From NCBI GenBank assembly GCA_963824165.1, contig CAWGOM010000009.1:79972-143971 (forward strand): a DNA stretch of 64,000 bases, written 5' to 3'. A program made the position numbers and the translations under genes. Of the stretch, positions 16,525 to 25,822 are shown piece after piece (position 1 is the first letter of the stretch; each line of letters begins with the position of its first letter). This DNA comes from an uncultured Acidobacteriota bacterium (GTDB lineage Bacteria; Acidobacteriota; Thermoanaerobaculia; UBA5066; Gp7-AA6). Under the pieces are notes generated by a model. The model was not told the DNA's origin. It saw nothing but the letters and a program-made list of their open reading frames with translations, and made no database searches.

Positions 16525-17316
16525 ATGTGGCAGGGATTCACGATCGCGCTCCGGGAAGGCATCGAGGCCTTCCTCATCATCGCCCTGACGCTCTCCTACC
16601 TCGCCCGCACCGGGCGCCGGGCCCTCTCGCGGGCCGTCTACGCGGCGCTCGCGGCCTCCGTCGTCAGCTGCACGCTCGCCGGGTGGTTCTTCTCCAAGGC
16701 CGTCAACCAGCCGCTCTGGGAGGGGATCCTGGCGCTCGCCGCCGCCGCCCTCGTCGGGAGCCTGCTCGTCTACATGAAGCGGGTCGCCTCGCGCCTGAAG
16801 TCGGACATCGAGGGCCGGATCGAAGCGAGCGCGAGCGCCGCCGACCCGGCGCGGGCGTTCTGGGGCGTCTTCGCCTTCACGCTGCTGATGATCACGCGCG
16901 AGGGAATGGAGACGGCGCTCCTGATCTCCACGGCCCTCTTCCAGATGAAATCCTCGTCGGTCTTCCTCGGGCTCGCGCTGGGGCTTCTCGCGGCTGCCGC
17001 GATCGGGTTTCTCTGGACGCGCCTCGGCCGGGGCGTGGACCTGAAGGCGCTCCTGAACGTGTCGGCCGTGTTCCTCGCGATCTTCCTTGTGCAGCTCGTG
17101 CTCTACGGCGTCCACGAGCTCTCCGAGGCGCGGCTCTTCCCCGCCTCGCAGGCCGTGCACGATGCCACCGAGATCCTCGGACCGGACGGGAAGATCGGCC
17201 AGCTTCTCGCCTACGCGCTCGCCGTCATTCCCACGGTCTGGCTCGGCGGCCTGGCGTGGAAGCGGTGGCGCGCGCGGGAATCGGCGCCGGCGACCGCGCG
17301 CACCCACGCCGCCTGA
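16525..17316 (+). CDS. FTR1-family high-affinity iron permease
   Basis: ATG at 16525 follows GGAAGGGAGAG. 263 aa, about 7 TM, with two REXXE iron-binding motifs (REGIEA and REGMET). Confidence 0.85.
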   Translation: MWQGFTIALREGIEAFLIIALTLSYLARTGRRALSRAVYAALAASVVSCTLAGWFFSKAVNQPLWEGILALAAAALVGSLLVYMKRVASRLKSDIEGRIEASASAADPARAFWGVFAFTLLMITREGMETALLISTALFQMKSSSVFLGLALGLLAAAAIGFLWTRLGRGVDLKALLNVSAVFLAIFLVQLVLYGVHELSEARLFPASQAVHDATEILGPDGKIGQLLAYALAVIPTVWLGGLAWKRWRARESAPATARTHAA

Positions 17317-17320
17317 CCCT

Positions 17321-18088
17321 TCAGGGCGGGGGTGGGGCGGCCGTCGGGCGGGGCGTTACGGCGGCGCGGCCCGACTGCAGCATCGCCTCGATCACCCGCG
17401 AAGAGATTCCGGCCGCGCGCAGCTGCTGAATGTCGCCGGTCGAAAGCGCGTAGTTCGTCTTCCCGGACCGGATCGCCTCCAGCAACTCTTCGTCGGAGGC
17501 GCCGGCCTGTTTCATCTTCAGGACCGCCGCGTAGGTCTTTGCTCCGGCCGACGGCGTGCCGACGTACGGCTGATCGGGCACGATGCCGGCGGGCCGCGGG
17601 GGCGTGACCGCGGGCGTCGGCGTCACGGGAACGACCGGGCGCAGGTAGCCGCCCGGTCCTTTCCCCGCGCCGCAGCCGGCTTTCGCGTCGGCGGCGTGCG
17701 TGAAGCGGATGAAGTCCGTGCCCCCCGGGACATCCACGTACTCGCCCTGCATCTCAACGCGGTCGCCGGGAGCGAGCGCGAGATCGCCCCCGCACGCGAG
17801 GTCGTGCACGATCCTGACCCTCCCCTGCATGTCGACGGGGACCTTGAGGTCGGCGCCGGCCGGCTGTTCGGCCGCCAGGGTGTAGGCGTCGAGCGTGACC
17901 TCGAACTCGAGCAAGCGGCGGCCGTTCTTGTCCGCCGTCCGCCGGGGCGGGGTGACGACCTCGGCCCTCGCGACGATCTCGACGTGCGGGCTCGCGGCCG
18001 GGCGGGCCTTCTCGGCGGCGAACGCCCCCGACGCCGCCAGGATGGCGCCGAGCGCGAATAAGACCGGCCGCGCGCCTCTCCCGAGCAC
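17321..18088 (-). CDS. secreted hypothetical protein (DUF3465-like OB-type N-domain, Pro-rich linker, helical C-domain)
   Basis: 255 aa with a signal peptide ending AFAAE. RVRIVHDL...PGDRVEMQGEYV...IRFTH resembles DUF3465 from memory. The C-terminal GASDEELLEAI..LRAAGISSRVIEAML is repeat-like. Confidence 0.45.
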   Translation of the reverse strand: MLGRGARPVLFALGAILAASGAFAAEKARPAASPHVEIVARAEVVTPPRRTADKNGRRLLEFEVTLDAYTLAAEQPAGADLKVPVDMQGRVRIVHDLACGGDLALAPGDRVEMQGEYVDVPGGTDFIRFTHAADAKAGCGAGKGPGGYLRPVVPVTPTPAVTPPRPAGIVPDQPYVGTPSAGAKTYAAVLKMKQAGASDEELLEAIRSGKTNYALSTGDIQQLRAAGISSRVIEAMLQSGRAAVTPRPTAAPPPP

Positions 18089-18166
18089 GCGCGCATTATG
18101 AGGTCAGCCTCGACTCGAAGACCCGGTCGGCCAAAAATACGGCCGCGAAGACGCGCCTCCCCCGGC

Positions 18167-18219
18167 TTGACAGGCGGCGAGGCCCGGGCTTAGTCTTGCG
18201 ATTGAGACTGAATCTCAAT
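18167..18219 (+). promoter_or_regulatory. candidate promoter plus Fur-type palindrome upstream of the apbE operon
   Basis: TTGACA (18167-72), an 18-nt spacer and TAGTCT (18191-96), followed by the perfect 7-5-7 palindrome ATTGAGACTGAATCTCAAT (18201-18219). Confidence 0.45.
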
Positions 18220-19272
18220 CCAAATGAGAAACGCGTAGTGCTCGCCGTCTTCGCCCTCGCCGGCGCCGTGGCGACGACGGCCGCCCCGGTCCTCGCAGAG
18301 CGGTCCGTTTCCGCCATGGGCACGCGGCTCGAGCTCTCGGTCGTGGCCGCGAGCCGCGAGCGGGCGCTCGCCGCCTCGGAGACCGCGGTCGTGGAGGTCG
18401 CGCGCGTGGAAGATCTCCTGACGAGCTGGCGCGACAGCCCGCTCTCGCGGTTGAACGAGGCCGAGGTCGGCCGGGACGTCGCGCTCGGCGCCGAGCTCTT
18501 CGGCCTGCTCGAGGGCGTCCTGGCCTGGTCGAAGCGCACCGGCGGAGCTTTCGATCCGACGGTCCTTCCCCTCGTCCGCGCCTGGGACCTGCGGGGGGCC
18601 GGACGCATTCCGTCCCCGGAGAACCTGGCCCGGGCGCTCGCCGCGACGGGCGTCGAGCGCTTTCGCCTGGACCCGGTCCACCGCACGGCCATCAGGCTCG
18701 ACGCCCTGTCCGGGATCGAGGAAGGCGCCTGGGGCAAGGGCTATGCGCTCGATCGCGCCGCGGGGAAGCTCGCCGCCGCGGGCCGCGGGGCGCTGCTCGA
18801 CTTCGGAGGGCACGTCATCGCATTCGGCCGGGACGCCGAGGGGCGTGACTGGACCGTCTCGGTCGCCGATCCCCGGCGCCGCGACCGGGCCGTCGCCACT
18901 CTCCGCCTCGCGAACGCCTCCGCGTCCACGTCGGGCAACTCCGAGCGGGCCCGCGTCGTCTCCGGCCGGCGCATCGGGCATCTTCTCGATCCGCGCACGG
19001 GCGAGCCCGCCGCGGACTTCGGATCCGTGACGGTCGTCGCGCCCACCGGACTCGACGCCGACATCCTCTCCACCGCCCTTTTCGTCCTCGGCCCCCAGGC
19101 GGGTCTCGCCCTCTCCGAGCGCCTCCGCGCCGGCGGCGTCGCCCACGAAGCGCTCTTCCTCGTGGAGCGGGACGACCGCCTCGAAGCCCGATTCACCCCG
19201 GGCATCCCCCGCCTCGTCGTTTCGGCCGACGCCACCGTCGTGGACGGCCTTCCGATCCGCACCCAACCGTAA
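18196..19272 (+). CDS. apbE: FAD:protein FMN transferase (ApbE family)
   Basis: 358-aa ORF with signal-like VVLAVFALAGAVATTAAPVLA, MGT..L and the ApbE-typical GGAFDPTV block. The true start is uncertain (TTG 18196/18202 or GTG 18238) because the predicted promoter/operator overlaps the 5' end. Confidence 0.8.
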   Translation: MRLRLNLNPNEKRVVLAVFALAGAVATTAAPVLAERSVSAMGTRLELSVVAASRERALAASETAVVEVARVEDLLTSWRDSPLSRLNEAEVGRDVALGAELFGLLEGVLAWSKRTGGAFDPTVLPLVRAWDLRGAGRIPSPENLARALAATGVERFRLDPVHRTAIRLDALSGIEEGAWGKGYALDRAAGKLAAAGRGALLDFGGHVIAFGRDAEGRDWTVSVADPRRRDRAVATLRLANASASTSGNSERARVVSGRRIGHLLDPRTGEPAADFGSVTVVAPTGLDADILSTALFVLGPQAGLALSERLRAGGVAHEALFLVERDDRLEARFTPGIPRLVVSADATVVDGLPIRTQP

Positions 19273-19286
19273 GGAGGAATCGCGCC

Positions 19287-20750
19287 ATGCATCGAGTCTC
19301 GAGGTTCGTCGCCGCCTGTGCCTTCGTCGTCGCGGGAACTCTGGCCGCCGCGGCGCAGGTCCCGTCGCCGACACCGATCCCGGCGGCTCCCGCGCCGTCC
19401 GAAGACCGTATCCAACGTCTCGAGAGGCTTCTCGCCGAGACGCGCTCGGAGCTCGAGGCCATGAAGGCCGCGTCGACGGCGCCCGCGACCGACGCCCGGC
19501 TCGCCGAGATCGAGCGCAAGGTCGACATCCTCGCGCAGGAGATCGAGTCGATGAAGCTCGGCGAAGCGGCGGGGGGAGCGCCCCAGGTCGCCGCCGCTCC
19601 CGCGCCCGCGGGACCGTCCACGCAGGAAGGTGCCGCCGAACGGTACGGGCTCGGCCTCGCCGCCTCGAAGGTCTACGGGATCCGCCGGGGCGTCTCGATC
19701 GGCGGCTACGGCGAGGCGCTCTACGAGAACTTCGCCGACGCCCGGCAGGACGGAGCGCCCTCCAACCGGAACGACCGGATCGACTTCCTCCGCGCGGTCG
19801 CGTACCTCGGCTACAAGTTCAACGACAAGTGGCTCCTGAACACCGAGATCGAGTACGAGCACGCCCTGACCGGCGAAGACGCGGGCGGAGAGGTCGCGGT
19901 CGAGTTCGCCTACGTCGACTACATGCACTCGCGCGAGCTCAACGCCCGCACGGGCCTCGTCCTCGTGCCGATGGGTCTCGTCAACGAGCTGCACGAGCCG
20001 ACGGCCTTCCTCGGCGCTCGGCGCCCGGACGTCGAGCGGTTCATCCTGCCCACGACCTGGCGCGAGATCGGCGCCGGCATGTACGGCGAGGCGGGTCCCT
20101 TCGCCTACCGCGGCTACGTCACGAGCAGCCTCGACTCCGCGGGCTTCACCGCGGCCAACGGGATCCGCGGAGGCCGGCAGCAGGGCTCCGAGGCGCTCGG
20201 GCGCGACTGGGCGCTGTCGGGGAGGCTCGACTTCGTCGGTCTCGACGGGCTTCTCGTCGGCGGCTCGGTCTTCTCCGGCGAGACCGGCCAGGGGCAGACC
20301 GTCGACGGCAGCGAGCTCTCCGCGAGAACGACGGTCTACGACTTCCACGCCGACTGGAAGTGGCGGGGCCTGTGGCTGCGAGCGCTCTACGCGGGCTCCT
20401 CCATCGGACAGGCCGCCGAGATCAACGAAGCCAACGGCTTCACGGGAGCCCAGTCCGTGGGCAGCCGGCAGGAGGGCTGGTACGTGCAGGGGGCCTTCGA
20501 CCTCTTCTCGCTCTTCGCCGGGTCCAGGGTTTCGCTCTCGCCCTACGTGCGCTACGAGCAGTACGACACGCAGGCCGAGGTGCCGAGCGGCTTCGCGCGC
20601 AATCCCGCCAACGACAACACCGAGCTGACCCTGGGCCTGGGCTTCCAGCCGATCGATCAGCTGATCTTCAAGGCGGACTGGCAGCAGCGCCACAACGCGG
20701 CGGAAACGGGCGTCAACCAGTGGAACGTGTCGCTGGGATACATTTTCTAG
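19287..20750 (+). CDS. outer-membrane porin with N-terminal coiled coil (OprO/P-like beta-barrel)
   Basis: 487 aa with a signal peptide, a heptad-like segment (RIQRLERLLAETRSELEAMK ... EIERKVDILAQEIESMK), alternating beta-strand pattern and a terminal ...VSLGYIF (aromatic OMP C-terminus). Confidence 0.65.
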   Translation: MHRVSRFVAACAFVVAGTLAAAAQVPSPTPIPAAPAPSEDRIQRLERLLAETRSELEAMKAASTAPATDARLAEIERKVDILAQEIESMKLGEAAGGAPQVAAAPAPAGPSTQEGAAERYGLGLAASKVYGIRRGVSIGGYGEALYENFADARQDGAPSNRNDRIDFLRAVAYLGYKFNDKWLLNTEIEYEHALTGEDAGGEVAVEFAYVDYMHSRELNARTGLVLVPMGLVNELHEPTAFLGARRPDVERFILPTTWREIGAGMYGEAGPFAYRGYVTSSLDSAGFTAANGIRGGRQQGSEALGRDWALSGRLDFVGLDGLLVGGSVFSGETGQGQTVDGSELSARTTVYDFHADWKWRGLWLRALYAGSSIGQAAEINEANGFTGAQSVGSRQEGWYVQGAFDLFSLFAGSRVSLSPYVRYEQYDTQAEVPSGFARNPANDNTELTLGLGFQPIDQLIFKADWQQRHNAAETGVNQWNVSLGYIF

Positions 20751-20768
20751 CCAAACCTTGAGAGTCGA

Positions 20769-21320
20769 ATGCTGAGAACCCGGGTGATCGCCGTCGTCGG
20801 CGCCGCTCTTGCGGTCGTGGCCGACGCGAAGGTCTTCCTCACGAAGGAGGAAGCGCTGAAGCTCGCCTTCCCGGGAGCCTCGGTCGAGCGCCGGGCGGCG
20901 TTCCTGACGGAGGAACAGCGCCGCGAGGCGCAGAAGCGCTCCGGCGAGGCGGCGCTGCCCGCCGCGCTCGCGACCTTCTACGAGGCCACTCGGGACGGCA
21001 AGCCGATCGGCTTCGCGTATTTCGATGCGCACCTGGTCCGGACGGCGCCCGAAACGATCATGGTCGTCGTCGATCTCTCGGGTGGCCTCCGGCGCATCGA
21101 GGTCCTCTCCTTCGACGAGCCCGAGGAGTACCTGCCCCGGCCGGGCTGGTATGCGCAGTTCTCCGACAAGCCCCTGGACGACGAGCTCTCGTTGAAGCGC
21201 GGAATCCGGCCCATCACGGGAGCGACCCTCACGGCGCGAGCGACGACCGAGGCCGCGCGACGCTGCCTGGCGCTCCACCGCGTTCTCCATCCGCCGACGG
21301 CGCCCGAGTCCGCCCGATGA
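20769..21320 (+). CDS. periplasmic FMN-binding domain protein (predicted ApbE flavinylation substrate)
   Basis: 183 aa with an N-terminal signal/anchor. The C-terminal RPITGATLTARA matches the [S/T]GAT flavinylation motif of NqrC/RnfG-type FMN_bind domains. Confidence 0.75.
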   Translation: MLRTRVIAVVGAALAVVADAKVFLTKEEALKLAFPGASVERRAAFLTEEQRREAQKRSGEAALPAALATFYEATRDGKPIGFAYFDAHLVRTAPETIMVVVDLSGGLRRIEVLSFDEPEEYLPRPGWYAQFSDKPLDDELSLKRGIRPITGATLTARATTEAARRCLALHRVLHPPTAPESAR

Positions 21321-21754
21321 AACGCTGGGAAGCCTGGTGGAATCACGCGGCGCTGGCCGCCGTCTCGCTGACGGGGCTCGCGTACGGCGTCGCGCGATAC
21401 TTCCTCCACAACCCCGACCCCGATTCGCGCCTGGGACACCCCTGGCAGCCGGGCCTCGCCAAGGCGCACATTCTCGTCGCGCCGCTGGCGATCTTCGGAA
21501 TCGGGCTGCTGCTTCGCCGTCACGCCCTGGCCCGGATCCGGAACGGCGAATCCAACGGCCGCCGGACCGGCGTCTCGATGCTCTGGCTCGTTCTGCCGCT
21601 CGTCTTCTCCGGCTACCTCGTGCAGGTCCTCGTCGGCTGGGGCGCGGTCCGCTGGACCGGCTGGTCGCATGCGGCGCTGGGGGTGGTCTTTCTCCTCGCC
21701 TACGCGTTCCACCCCAAGCGCCGCGCCGCGACCGACACGGGCACGGACGAATAG
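21317..21754 (+). CDS. His-rich four-helix membrane protein (possible b-type haem / DUF4405-like)
   Basis: 145 aa. ATG overlaps the FMN_bind stop (ATGA). Four hydrophobic helices carry His near the helix ends (WWNHAAL, AKAHILV, WSHAAL, YAFHP). Confidence 0.55.
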   Translation: MKRWEAWWNHAALAAVSLTGLAYGVARYFLHNPDPDSRLGHPWQPGLAKAHILVAPLAIFGIGLLLRRHALARIRNGESNGRRTGVSMLWLVLPLVFSGYLVQVLVGWGAVRWTGWSHAALGVVFLLAYAFHPKRRAATDTGTDE

Positions 21755-21755
21755 A

Positions 21756-22715
21756 TCAGAAGACGTACGTCAGGCCGGCGGTGTATGCCGGCTTGATGTC
21801 CTGGATGCCGTTCAGGTTCTCCCACACGGGAAACTGGGCGGCGGCCCGGGCGACGAGGCCCTTGAAGACGTTCACGCCCACGCGCGGCGTGACGTAGAGG
21901 CTCTGGCCTCCCGTGTCCGGGTCGGGCACGCCGAGCTCGTCGACCTGGTCGTGCTCCGCGTCGAGGAAGTTCAACTCCACGAGGCCGTCGAGCCAGTCGG
22001 TCAGCTTGCGGTCGTACACGAGATTGACCTGGACGTTGTCGCCGTACTTGTAGCCGAAGTCGTTGCGCCCGGTGCCGGTGTAGGCCGCGGAAAGGTAGAG
22101 CGACGACTTCTCGTCGATGAGATAGAGGCTCGCCAGGCCGCCGGAGAGATTGGTCGCTCCGGTCCCCGGTTGCACGTGCTCGTCCAGCCGTTCGCCGTCC
22201 TCCGAGACGTCGTTCTCTCCCCAGGGCGTCTTGACCGAGAAGACGGCCGAGATCCAGGCGCGCCGGCCGAGCGGCGACTGGAAGGGCGAGGACCAGAGAC
22301 GGAAGTACGCGAAGAAGGCCGGATCGGCGAGGCCCTCGGCCGTCTCGACCTCGTGGCCCTCGGTCAGCTCGTTCCAGGTGTACGGGACCTGGGCCACGAT
22401 CGTGAAGCGCTCGCGAAAGCCGTAGGACAGCGTCGCGATCATCGTGTTGCGGACCTGCTCCTCGAACCCCTCGCCGTGTTTCATGCGATGTTCTTCGGCC
22501 TCGTGCTCCTCCCCCTGGGTCTGGTCGAGCCGGTTCCAGTCGAGCGCGACCTGGAAGCCGCCGTAACTGTAGAGCCCTTCGCCGAGGGCGCTGAAGACCG
22601 GATCGCTGCAGCGGCACATCGAGCAGGCGCGCGCGGGAGCGGAGGCGAGCCCCAGGCCGAGAAACGTCAAACTCAGCACCGCCGCGAGGCGGCGCGCGGG
22701 ATTCCCGCGATTCAT
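21756..22715 (-). CDS. outer-membrane beta-barrel protein (MetA-pathway/transporter-type OMP)
   Basis: 319 aa with a signal peptide ending APARA followed by CSMCRCSD. It has a His/Glu-rich loop (EEHEAEEHRMKHGEG), alternating strands and a terminal GLTYVF. Confidence 0.6.
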   Translation of the reverse strand: MNRGNPARRLAAVLSLTFLGLGLASAPARACSMCRCSDPVFSALGEGLYSYGGFQVALDWNRLDQTQGEEHEAEEHRMKHGEGFEEQVRNTMIATLSYGFRERFTIVAQVPYTWNELTEGHEVETAEGLADPAFFAYFRLWSSPFQSPLGRRAWISAVFSVKTPWGENDVSEDGERLDEHVQPGTGATNLSGGLASLYLIDEKSSLYLSAAYTGTGRNDFGYKYGDNVQVNLVYDRKLTDWLDGLVELNFLDAEHDQVDELGVPDPDTGGQSLYVTPRVGVNVFKGLVARAAAQFPVWENLNGIQDIKPAYTAGLTYVF

Positions 22716-22769
22716 GGATGACTCCTTTCCTCTCCCCGGCCAAATGCCGGAGAGGCCGACCGAGCGGGA

Positions 22770-23126
22770 TCAGGAAAGGAGTTTCGGGACCGGGTCCGGG
22801 CGCTCCGGGAGGACGCGAAGGACGAGGCCGGCGGTCAAGAGCGCGAGGAATCCCGCCAGCGGCGGCGCTGCGGGACCGTCCGGCAGCGCCGGCATGACGA
22901 CCCGCATCACCGGTGACTGAAGAAACCAGTCGGCCGGCGTCGGGCAGCGGCGCAGCGAGGTCCCGGCGGTGCCCGACTCGCAGCAGCAGGCCATTCCGGT
23001 GCCGTGATCGCAGGCCATCGCGCAGGCCTCTCCGCCCGCCATCCGCGTCGACGGCAGCGCCAGGCTCGCCGGAATCGCGAGGAGCGCGAGAAGCAGCATG
23101 CCGGCGGCGCGACGCATGGCGGGCAT
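22770..23126 (-). CDS. small secreted/anchored Cys-rich protein
   Basis: 118 aa with a signal peptide, the cluster GEACAMACDHGTGMACCCESG and a C-terminal hydrophobic helix. The ATG is 1 nt after the adenosyltransferase stop (alternative ATG 23117). Confidence 0.45.
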   Translation of the reverse strand: MPAMRRAAGMLLLALLAIPASLALPSTRMAGGEACAMACDHGTGMACCCESGTAGTSLRRCPTPADWFLQSPVMRVVMPALPDGPAAPPLAGFLALLTAGLVLRVLPERPDPVPKLLS

Positions 23127-23127
23127 T

Positions 23128-23691
23128 CTACGCCCGGCTATCCCAGAGCACGTCCGGGACGCCGCGCCGGCGGTTCTCGTGGCGCGCCATGACGAAGAGA
23201 GCGTCGGAGAGGCGATTCAGGTACTTCACGGTGAAGACGCCGACCGCTTCCCGGCGCGCGAGCGCGATCACGAGGCGCTCGGCGCGGCGGCAGACGGTCC
23301 GCGCGACGTGAAGCTCGGCCGCCGCGGGGCAGCCGCCCGGGAGCACGAAGTTCTCGAGCGGCGAAAGCTCCTCCGAGAGGCTGTCCATCAGAGCCTCGAG
23401 GGCGAGGACGTGGCGCTCCTCGATCTTCGGCGCCGGCCGTTTCGCCTTGTCCGCTTCGAGGATGCAGAGGTCCGAGCCCAGGTGAAAGAGCTCGTTCTGG
23501 ATCGCCGCGAGCGCGGGCCCGAGCATCTCGTTGACCCCCGCCGCGACCACGACGCCCAGATGGCTGTTGAGCTCGTCGACCGTGCCGTAGGCCGCGATCC
23601 GGATCGAGTCCTTCGGCACGCGCTGCCCGCCGCCCAGGGCCGTCGTCCCGTCGTCGCCGGTGCGCGTGTAGACCCGTGTGATGCGTGGCAT
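23128..23691 (-). CDS. pduO: ATP:cob(I)alamin adenosyltransferase, PduO/MMAB type
   Basis: 187 aa. [33 protein letters not shown] and LNRLSD are hallmark PduO-type motifs. Confidence 0.9.
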   Translation of the reverse strand: MPRITRVYTRTGDDGTTALGGGQRVPKDSIRIAAYGTVDELNSHLGVVVAAGVNEMLGPALAAIQNELFHLGSDLCILEADKAKRPAPKIEERHVLALEALMDSLSEELSPLENFVLPGGCPAAAELHVARTVCRRAERLVIALARREAVGVFTVKYLNRLSDALFVMARHENRRRGVPDVLWDSRA

Positions 23692-23695
23692 GGAT

Positions 23696-25543
23696 CTAGA
23701 ACTTTACGTCCAATCCGCCGGCGACGAGCCTTCCCGCCGCCGGATAGCCCGCCGCCTCCTCGTACGCGTGGTTGGTCAGGTTGATCATGCGCAGGTACGG
23801 CGCGAGGTACGCAGTCGCCTGCCAGCGGGCGACGAGGTCGACCCGGAGGTAAGACGGGTCCTCGACCGGGTCGCCGGTGAGCGGATTCGAGTCCGCCCGC
23901 GGGCCGACGTAGAGCAGGCGCGGCGAGAGATTCAGCGTCGGGATCGGCATCCAGGAGACGCCGAGCGACGCGCCGTTCTCGGGACGGCGCAGGAGCGGGT
24001 CGCCCGTCGCGAGGTCCTCGGTCTTCAGGTACATGTACGTCACGTTGACCGCGAGCTCGGGAAGGACGGTCTGCTGCCAGCCGAGCTCGACGCCGTAGGT
24101 GCGGGCGTTTCCGATGTTGTAGTTCTTGAAGGTCGCGAAGTCGTAGACGATCAGGTCGTCGAGGTCGTTCCAGAAGACCGAGACCTCCGCGCGGCCGCCG
24201 TCGAAGTAGCGCTCGGCCCCGACCTCCGCGGACACGGACCGCTCGGGCTTCAGGTCCGGGTTCCCGCTGAACGGGTAGTAGAGCTCGCCGACCGACGGGG
24301 CGCGGAACCCGGTGCCTCCCGAGGCGCGAACCTTCCAGAGCCGGTCGGCCGAGAGCCACGAGATCGTTCCGCGCGGGCTCCACGCGTCGCCGTAGGTCGA
24401 GTAGCGGTCGTAGCGCAGGCCGGCCGTGATCGTGACGGCGCCGAAGGTGGCCGAGTCCTGGGCGCCGAGGCCCCAGAGCGTCGTGCGCGCGTCGTCGAGG
24501 TTCACGCCGAAGTTGCTCTCGTCGCTGACCTGCCAGCGCTGCCACGAGGCGAAGGCCGTCAGCGTGTGCGCGCCGAGCTTCGCCGTGTCCGAGACGCTCG
24601 CCTGGAGCGTCTGCGCGTCGGTCTGCGATGCGTAGCCGCCGGCGGTGTCGGTGTAGGTGGGCTGCGACTTCACGCCGGCGAGCAGCACGTCGAGCTGGTT
24701 CGAGTCGGACAGCGCGAAGGTGCCCGGCATCGACAGGCGCGCCTCGTGCGTGGTCCCCCGCGCCGTCGAGGGTAGACCGACCGGGCCGGGGTTGCCGACC
24801 TCGCCATCGAGCAACCCCCACTCGAAGCCGATCCGGCTCTTCTCGGACAGGCGCGCCTGCAGGCTCGCCGAGCCGTTGCGCTGCCGCCAGTCGCCGTTGG
24901 GGCGTTCGCCGTCGAAGGCGACGTAGCGATAGCTCGCCGTAGCCGAGATCGGCCCCTCGCCCGCCGAGACGAAGGCCGAGCCCTGCCCCTGGCCCTCGTT
25001 GCCGGCCTCCCCCGTCGCCCGGCCCGACACGCCCTCGGCCCCCGGCCGCGTGAAGATCTGCACGACGCCGCCGATCGCGTCCGAGCCGTAGAGCGCGGAA
25101 AAGGGCCCGCGCGCGATCTCGATGCGGTCGATGTTCTCGGTCGTCAGCCCCGACCAGTCGTAGCCGGAGAAGTAGGGCGAGTTCATGCGCACGCCGTCGA
25201 TCAGGACGAGCGTCTGGGTCGAGTTCGTGCCGCGGGTGAAGAGCGACGTCAGCGAGCCCGGCGTCCCGTACTGGACGACGTCGAGGCCGGGAATCGAGCG
25301 CAGGACGTCGGAGACGACTGCGGACTCGTGCCGCTCGAGCTCCTCGCGGGTCACAACGGTGATCGCCGAACCGACGTCCTTCTCGTCCTCCGGCACCGAC
25401 GTGGCGGTGACGACGATGTTCTCGGTGGCCGGAGGCACCTGCTGGGCGCGCGCGACGCCCGGCGCGGCGAGGAAGACGAGCGCCAGGAGGACCGGAGGGG
25501 AAAGAAGCCGATGTGAGGAAACCCGCGGGACCGCGGTCGCCAT
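23696..25543 (-). CDS. btuB: TonB-dependent receptor, BtuB-like corrinoid transporter
   Basis: ATG at 25543-25541 follows GGGAGG. Signal peptide, TonB-box-like ENIVVTAT, plug motifs ([26 protein letters not shown]) and a terminal ...GGLDVKF. A cobalamin riboswitch lies directly upstream. Confidence 0.9.
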   Translation of the reverse strand: MATAVPRVSSHRLLSPPVLLALVFLAAPGVARAQQVPPATENIVVTATSVPEDEKDVGSAITVVTREELERHESAVVSDVLRSIPGLDVVQYGTPGSLTSLFTRGTNSTQTLVLIDGVRMNSPYFSGYDWSGLTTENIDRIEIARGPFSALYGSDAIGGVVQIFTRPGAEGVSGRATGEAGNEGQGQGSAFVSAGEGPISATASYRYVAFDGERPNGDWRQRNGSASLQARLSEKSRIGFEWGLLDGEVGNPGPVGLPSTARGTTHEARLSMPGTFALSDSNQLDVLLAGVKSQPTYTDTAGGYASQTDAQTLQASVSDTAKLGAHTLTAFASWQRWQVSDESNFGVNLDDARTTLWGLGAQDSATFGAVTITAGLRYDRYSTYGDAWSPRGTISWLSADRLWKVRASGGTGFRAPSVGELYYPFSGNPDLKPERSVSAEVGAERYFDGGRAEVSVFWNDLDDLIVYDFATFKNYNIGNARTYGVELGWQQTVLPELAVNVTYMYLKTEDLATGDPLLRRPENGASLGVSWMPIPTLNLSPRLLYVGPRADSNPLTGDPVEDPSYLRVDLVARWQATAYLAPYLRMINLTNHAYEEAAGYPAAGRLVAGGLDVKF

Positions 25544-25647
25544 TCGAACCTCCCGTTCGACAGGACGGATTTCTCGAACGGTCGAGAAGCGTCCCGCGCC
25601 CCGGGGATTCGAAGGCGCGTCTCTCGTGTGGCCCCGTGCGAGAAGCG

Positions 25648-25822
25648 TGTCGTCCGGCAGGTCTCCTGGCTTCCGGATCTTCCGCCTTCGGGCTCCTTCC
25701 CGGACGCGCAACCGGCTCGTGCCGATCCATCGCATCCAGTGGTTTGCCGCCCGAGGCGTCCCCGGTGACAGTGGCGGGGGCCGCGTGGGAATCACACCCA
25801 CTTCCCTTGGCCGAACGATTCA
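25648..25822 (-). promoter_or_regulatory. cobalamin (AdoCbl) riboswitch
   Basis: The minus strand reads ...GGCCAAGGGAAGTGGGTGTGATTCCCACGCGGCCCCCGCCACTGTCACCGGGG ... GGAAGCCAGGAGACCTGCCGGACG. Conserved GGGAAG, GGTG..ATTCC and CCCGCCACTGT elements and the B12 box AGCCAGGAGACCTGCC are all present, in the btuB 5' leader. Confidence 0.85.

Noticed and set aside
18741-21290. 849-aa ORF antisense to apbE, the porin and the FMN_bind gene
   Set aside because: Same shadow-ORF composition. It spans three well-supported plus-strand genes and their intergenic gaps.
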